From Piromyces finnis finn (taxonomy: Eukaryota; Fungi; Neocallimastigomycota): a stretch of DNA of 64,000 nt. A program made the position numbers and the translations under genes. The DNA lies in the NCBI GenBank assembly GCA_002104945.1, contig MCFH01000072.1, forward strand, positions 169,646-233,645, in the 5' to 3' direction. The notes below the pieces were generated by a model. It had not been told where the DNA came from. It saw only the letters and a program-made list of their open reading frames with translations, and ran no database searches. Of this stretch, positions 50,941-64,000 are shown piece after piece (the stretch's first letter is position 1; every line of letters starts with the position of its first letter).

Positions 50941-52693
50941 TTAAAGAAGGAATGGAATAATAGCGGTTCTTTGTTTTGGGAAAGCATCACCGAATTCCTT
51001 AATGTAATTACGTCTCTTCTTAACAGCCCATTGGTACATCTGTTTATTTAAATTATATATATAATTTAATTTTTTTTTTATTAAAAAAACAAATAAATAA
51101 ATAACAGTTAAGTTTAATTTATATAATTATTTCTCTTCAAACTTACTTGAGCGAAGGCGACAATAGTGAATATGTAGGCTGAAAGTTATAATAATAAAAT
51201 TTAATGTTAATAATGAAATTATTTTGTATTGAAAGTCTCTAGAATTAAAAAAAAAAATTAAAAAATAAATTTACATGAAATTGAACCGGTAAGTAAACAA
51301 ATAGCAACCCAACCTAAAGTTTCAAAGAAATAATTTGGACAGGTAACATGGTTAAAACCATAACCATATGGGATTTTTCTAACTCTAGTACCAGCTGGTC
51401 TTAAGTTACGTAAAATAATGTGAGTTAAGAGGTTGGAAACTTCAGAGTACTGGAATTTTAATGTATTATTTTAAATTTTGTTTAAATAAAGGGTTTATCT
51501 TGAAGTTTTAAGAAATTATATTATTTAAAAATAAAAAGGAAAATAAAATAAACTTACAACCCATAAAATGCAACATAAAGCCATACCAACAGTAGATGTG
51601 ACAGCTGGAATATGTCCACTAGCAAAACCTGGTCTGTAAATCCAGTAAGCCATGTTAACACCAGATAAAATCCAGTAATGGAAACTGTTTTTAAAGATGT
51701 TCTTTACTGGCATAGAATTGTTACTAAAACGATGAACACAGATAGTTTCAAATTCACGCTTAAGGAAATGAATCATAATGAATAAGAAACAGATTCTATA
51801 GTATTTTTATTTATTAGTTTCAAAATTAATATTATATTTAATATTTTATATATTATTATTTAGAAATAAAGAAAAAAAAAAGCTTACTTTTGAACTGGAG
51901 TGTGTTCAACAACACTTTTGTAGAATAATTTTTGACAACAATAGAATAATGGATGGATAAATAATGGACCAAAATATTCAACAATGAAGACATTTCTCCA
52001 ACTGATTTGTGGACCTTTTGTTAGCAATAATTATACATATGGAATGTTAATTATTAAATTGAGAATATTTTTATTTTTTTCTATTTTATGTATATATATA
52101 TTTAAATTTATAAACCTAAATCCTTGAAGGTAATAACAGCTTTTTTTTTTTTTTTTTAATATTCAGATTTATTATATAAAACATAAAAAATTAATGATTT
52201 TTCTTCAAAATTTTAATTTGAATACTTTTATAAATAAGATAAATTACTGTTATCCTTAATATTATGTTGTTCTAAAGAATCTTTATCATATAAGACAGTT
52301 TTATCTATTTAAATGTTGTATAATAATAAAATATATAATAATATGCATAATATGAATATGAATTGTTCTACAATAAATAATATTTAACTACTTTTATTTA
52401 GTAATACCGATAGTTAATCTTTGTCTGTCTGGATAATACTTTGGGACTTTTATATTTAATGAGAAAAAAAAAAGTTTTAATTATTAAATAAAATAAACAA
52501 ATGATTATATTTTGTGATGATTTAATAACTATTAATAATATTAATTCCTATTATTGTATTTTAATTTTTAAAAAACGAATATAATACATTGCTTTTGGAA
52601 GGCCTTTTTAAGATCAAGAACTGTTTCTCCATCAACGTCTAATTTTTCAGCAAGGACACTTCCACTACGAGATTGAACGCTTACAAAAACCAT
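50941..52693 (-). CDS. TSC13: Very-long-chain enoyl-CoA reductase (ubiquitin-like N-terminus plus steroid 5-alpha-reductase-type C-terminus)
   Basis: YYPDRQRLT; FKDLGPQISWRNVFIVEYFGP; HFLKREFETICVHRFS; MPVKNIFKNSFHYW; C-terminus RTAIIPFLL*. Confidence 0.95.
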
Positions 52694-53845
52694 TTTCTTT
52701 AAATTTAATTTTATATAAAAAAATTTGTTAATATGAATCAAAAATTTATATTTGTATATAAATGTATAAAGAAATGGAAAAGATATATTTCTAATTTCAT
52801 TCGTTTCAATTTATTAAATTGAACATGGATTTAAATTCATATCAAAGGAAATATGATATTGAAATTATTTGATGTAATATAATGAATTTTATGAAAGCAT
52901 TTATTATTTTTGTATACTTTATAAATAATATAATTACTATTATTATTAATACAAATGTCTCTACCTTTTATATATATATATATATATATTTTATTTATTT
53001 TATTTTTTTTTTTATTTTTTGTTTTTTTGTTTTTATATTTAAAAGCAAAGCGAAGAAAAAATATTTAATGTAAATTTTTAATTAAAAATACCACTATGAT
53101 TATATTAATGTACATATGATTTATTGAATGTATGTATCAATAATATATACTTTTTTAACAAATGAAATTCTTTTTGACTGATACATTATTATATAAAATA
53201 AAATTATAAAGTATAATTATTAAAATTAAATATATTTATGTTATTTCAATATATCATATATACTTTCTTATAAAATTCAATAATTTAGAGCATATAAAGA
53301 CTTTCTAATAATATCCAAGGTTTATATTAATAAGTCAAAAAAAAAAAAAAAAAAAAAAAAAAAGATCTATTATATTTCTTTAGACTTAGAAAAAAAAATT
53401 GTTATTTTATTATAACAAACCAAAATTATTTTTAGATATATTTTGGACTATTCTCATTATAAAATTCAAAAAGTTCAAGCATTAAATCTATTTGATTTAT
53501 TTTTTATCTTTGATAATATAACAAATAAAAAAAGAAAAAGAAAAAAGAAAAAGAAAAAAAGAAAGAGATTAAAAAAATAATATATAAAGTCAAAAATTTA
53601 TGAAGTTTACTATTAATAAAGTACTTTATATAATAACTAAGTCGTTTAATAAGACAATTTTCAGAAATAACTAATAAAATTTTACCGGTATTTTTATATT
53701 TAAGACATAAACTATATCTAACACTACAATACAAAAAGTTCGTTTAAAATGATACATATTTTATTAGAATGAATCAGTTGAGTATAAAAAAAATCATTTT
53801 AAAATTTTTAAACTTTATTTCTTAATTAATTAAATTTGAATATTG

Positions 53846-53854
53846 TTATTGGCT
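53846..53854 (-). promoter_or_regulatory. Possible CCAAT box (AGCCAATAA) about 115 bp upstream of the CHD1L ATG
   Basis: Motif match only. Similar AACCAAT words lie upstream of DYS1 (about 2883) and the MBL gene (about 48632), but chance matches are likely in this composition. Confidence 0.25.
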
Positions 53855-53962
53855 GTCAGTATAATATTTTTATAATTTTAAATATCAAAAATATTTATAT
53901 TATTTTCATTTTTATTGTTATAAAGCCTATATAATTATATTAAAATAACTTAATAATTCAAT

Positions 53963-60615
<6,653 letters not shown>

Positions 60616-61170
60616 CTTTTTTTTTCTTTTTTTTTATTATTACTTTTATTTACTTATTATTATTTATTTTTCATTTATTCTTAATACAACTTATAAATTA
60701 TTTCTAAATATTTTTTTTTTTTTTTTTTTTAATAAATTGCCTTTTAATATTTTACAATACAACACATTTTTTTAAAAATATAATTTGATTTGTTTTGATA
60801 AAATATTTTATTAAGTATAAGACACTATGAATAATAATGATAATAAAAAGAAAAAAGAAAAACATAAAATGTTTCTTTTTCCATTTTTTTTTTTTTTTTA
60901 ATATATAATGGGTTTAATTATATATATATATAACACAATGGTGTTTAAAAAAAATTTAAATAGTTTTTCTTTTTCTTTACTATACATGCATAAGAAATTG
61001 AAAGATAGATAAAAAAATTAAAAAGTGTATATTAATTTTTAATTTTTATTCATATAAAATAATTTTCAAAAAAATTGTGTATTACACTAACTAATTAACT
61101 ATTAATTTAAATTTATAATTGGTATTATGAATAAAAAAAAAAAAAAAATAGAAATTATGAATTCTTTAAT

Positions 61171-61218
<48 letters not shown>

Positions 61219-61455
61219 TTATGAAAAGATTAAGATTCAGGTCTTAACATTCGATGATATATTTAAATAATAAATTAAAAAAAAAAAAAATTATAAATAT
61301 TAACAGTTATAAAAATTATAAAGATATTTTTTTTAATAGATATGATAATTATTTAAATGATATTACACTAATATTAATTATGACTTCTTCGTTTTTTAAT
61401 ATATATATTATATTATATATAATTATAGTATAATATTAATAACTTTTTAAAAAGT

Positions 61456-64000
61456 TTATTCCAACATTAAACGATCTAATGCATCAATATACTTTTGACG
61501 TTGAGTATTAGAAAGATCAGGATTATCAATTTGTCTTTGTAAATATTCCATACGTGTTTGTCTTTCTTCAATACGACGCATTTCTAATTGCATACGAATA
61601 GCTTCATCATTATTTTGATCTATATATGGTGAGTATACTGATTCTGAAAATACTTCTTCATAATTTGGTGGTTGTGGTTCTTCAATTTGTTGACGTATAT
61701 CTTCTGGTATGTTGTTATATTCATAATGTTCATTATTAATTTCATTTTGATTATATTCCTTTGAACTATTTTTATTATCGCTTTTACCTAATTTATTACT
61801 ACCAGGAACTTCAACATATATTTCTTCCGTCAAATCTGGATTTTCTATTAAATGATTATTATTGGTATATATAGGGGTATTCTTTGTAGCATTGTATAAT
61901 GAAGAATGATTTGAAGAAATATTAGAGTTAATATGATTATTGTTATCCTTATCATCTGAATGATGATCTTGTGAAGAAATATTATTTTTAGTTAATTCAT
62001 TTACCTTTGGGTCATTTAGAGAAATGGAAGTATTGGTTGAAATCAAAGATGGATTAATTGACGTTTTATTGGTATTAACATATTGTTCATTACTATCTGA
62101 AACCGATGGTAAGTCATAAGCATTCTCAACTCTATTGGCTAAAGGTGAAACATTCATATTGTTTTGACTTGAAAATTTGGTAAGAATAGATGGTTTTTTG
62201 GTGTTCATTGAAGGAAAACTAATACGATTTTTATTTTTACTCATTATAGGAGTTGAACTATGAACTGAATTAGAAATACTGAAATTAGAAGTGGAAGTTT
62301 CTGAAACATTGGTAACTTTAGTTACGGTAGTTGAACTCTTTTCAATTGGATAAGGTATAATATTTTTCCTACTATTTACAACATGAACAGTATTATGATG
62401 AATGGCATCATCATTTGATGTTGAGAGTCTTTTAGTATCATACGTTTTTCTTTGATTTGTATTTACAGTTGAGCTTTTCAATGCAAAAGGCGATACTGGA
62501 TATGGAATACTTGAATGTTTTGAACGTTTTTCATCAATATTTGGAGAGCTACTAGCAGATGCCATTTTTGGGGAGCCATTATATGTTCCGGTATTAGTTA
62601 GTCTTCTTTTTCCAGCTCCATTAGGAGGAGAAGACTGGTTAACTGAATATAAATTCATACGAACTAGATTTGGGCTACTTTGAGACTTTGTGTAACTAGA
62701 TAAATTTGCTGATATTCTTTTTGGAGGTGGAGTTGATATTGTTGCTACCATTTGGGAATTAGTATCATTAGTAATATTTCCATTATTTAAAACAACAATA
62801 TCACTTAAATCCTGTTCTACAGATTCAACCGGAGTTCCATGTTTTTTATTTCTATTCAACGAATTTGTAGTATATGCCCCTCCTTGGTTAGAAATTGTAT
62901 TAGTTGGTGATATAGCATAATTAGTAGAATGAAGTGATCCATAATTACTTGATTTGCTACCTGTTGATTCATATAAACTTGAATCATCATATGAACTTAT
63001 TTGACTATTAACATCATTTGGAACTGTATTATTGAGTTGAGGATTAGGTCTACTCAAAGAGCAAATTTGAATAGAAGCATCAGGATCTTCACCATTATAA
63101 CTTTGTATATTTTCATCTTCAAAAATTTCTGAAGTACTGTATCCAGGAATTGGATTTTTAATTATAACAGATTTTTGTCTACGACGTTTACTGCAAATTA
63201 AAATTAGTATAATAATACACAAAATTAATAAACCTATAAATCCTAATGCAATCCATTGAAATATTTTATCATGGTTGTTATCTTTTCTGTTATCAGAAAA
63301 ATCTTCTGGTCCTAAAGTTGGACTACTTATAGTACTACTATTGTTATCACTAACTAAAGTGTTATCTTCTTCGGTTTTTGAAGGAGTATCATCTGTTTTT
63401 GATTCATTAGTATTATTAATTAATTCACAACTTTTTATTCCATTTGTACAATGGTTTCTTGTACCATTAATACATAAATTTGTAGAACTAAAGCTACATT
63501 CTTTTAAAGTATCTGATAAATTTGGAAGTTCACCACTTAACTGAGGATTTCCAGAAAGACGCAAAACTTGAATATTTTGTAATGACTTAAAAGAGCTTGG
63601 AACATTACCTGAGATTTTATTATTGCTTAGATTTAAATGTTGTAAATTAATAATTTTTCCAAGAGATGAGGGTATTTGACCTTCCAATTGATTGTTAGAT
63701 AAGTCAATAAATTGCAAATTTGAAATTGAAATCTCACTAGGAATTGGACCTGATAATTGATTTCCAGTAGCATAAAGATATTGTAAATTATTCATTCCTT
63801 GAATTGATGAAGGAATTTTACCCGAAAATTTACAATTTGAAATATTACTAATACATTAATTATTAAAAAAGTTAGAATGATATATATTTTTATAGGCGAT
63901 AATAATTTACAAAAACTATAAAATATATTTTTACTTACATATACTGTAGTGAAGTCAATGGCATTAAAGTTTCAAAATCACCACTATATCCTTTACTACT
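61456..64000 (-). CDS. Plant-type LRR transmembrane receptor-like protein without kinase (5' end outside window)
   Basis: LRR consensus LxxLxLxxNxLSGxIP repeated; Cys cap; S/T stalk; TM IALGFIGLLILCIIILILIC followed by KRRR; long S/N-rich cytoplasmic tail with PPNY motif; one intron near 63849-63938. Confidence 0.85.

Noticed and set aside
61165-61211. About 45-nt poly(T) tract downstream of the LRR gene (retro-insertion tail?)
   Set aside because: No target-site duplication or element body; homopolymer runs are common throughout the window.

Overview
Extremely AT-rich, intron-rich eukaryotic genomic DNA. It is most consistent with an anaerobic gut fungus (Neocallimastigomycota); this is inferred from the composition, short AT-rich introns, flagellar genes, a CBM29-like protein, a DPBB/expansin-like protein and an organelle-targeted bacterial-type enzyme. 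I reconstructed 16 spliced protein-coding genes by hand from splice sites and reading frames. In order: MATH-BTB adaptor (+), deoxyhypusine synthase (+), FtsX/MacB-like double permease (-), three co-oriented ciliary/centriolar genes CFAP74, EFHC1/RIB72 and LRRC45 (-), LCMT1/PPM1 (+), telomeric Rap1/TERF2IP (-), secreted histidine-phosphatase-family protein (-), GPI-anchored tandem CBM29-like protein (-), intronless IQ-motif orphan (+), RNase T2 (-), membrane-anchored DPBB/expansin-like protein (-), presequence-bearing GloC/YcbL-type metallo-hydrolase (+), TECR/TSC13 (-), CHD1L/ALC1 with an extra C-terminal BRCT (+), and a 5'-truncated plant-type LRR transmembrane receptor-like protein (-). The strongest hidden signal is a U12-type AT-AC minor-spliceosome intron (54644-54758) that is required to keep CHD1L in frame, directly after a 12-nt micro-exon. 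Other notable items are poly(A) tracts in place of polypyrimidine tracts at several 3' splice sites, a stray 71-bp copy of a coding exon, and an A-B-A-A-B tandem repeat. No rRNA, tRNA, CRISPR array or intact transposon was recognised. All family assignments come from remembered motifs, not from database searches.
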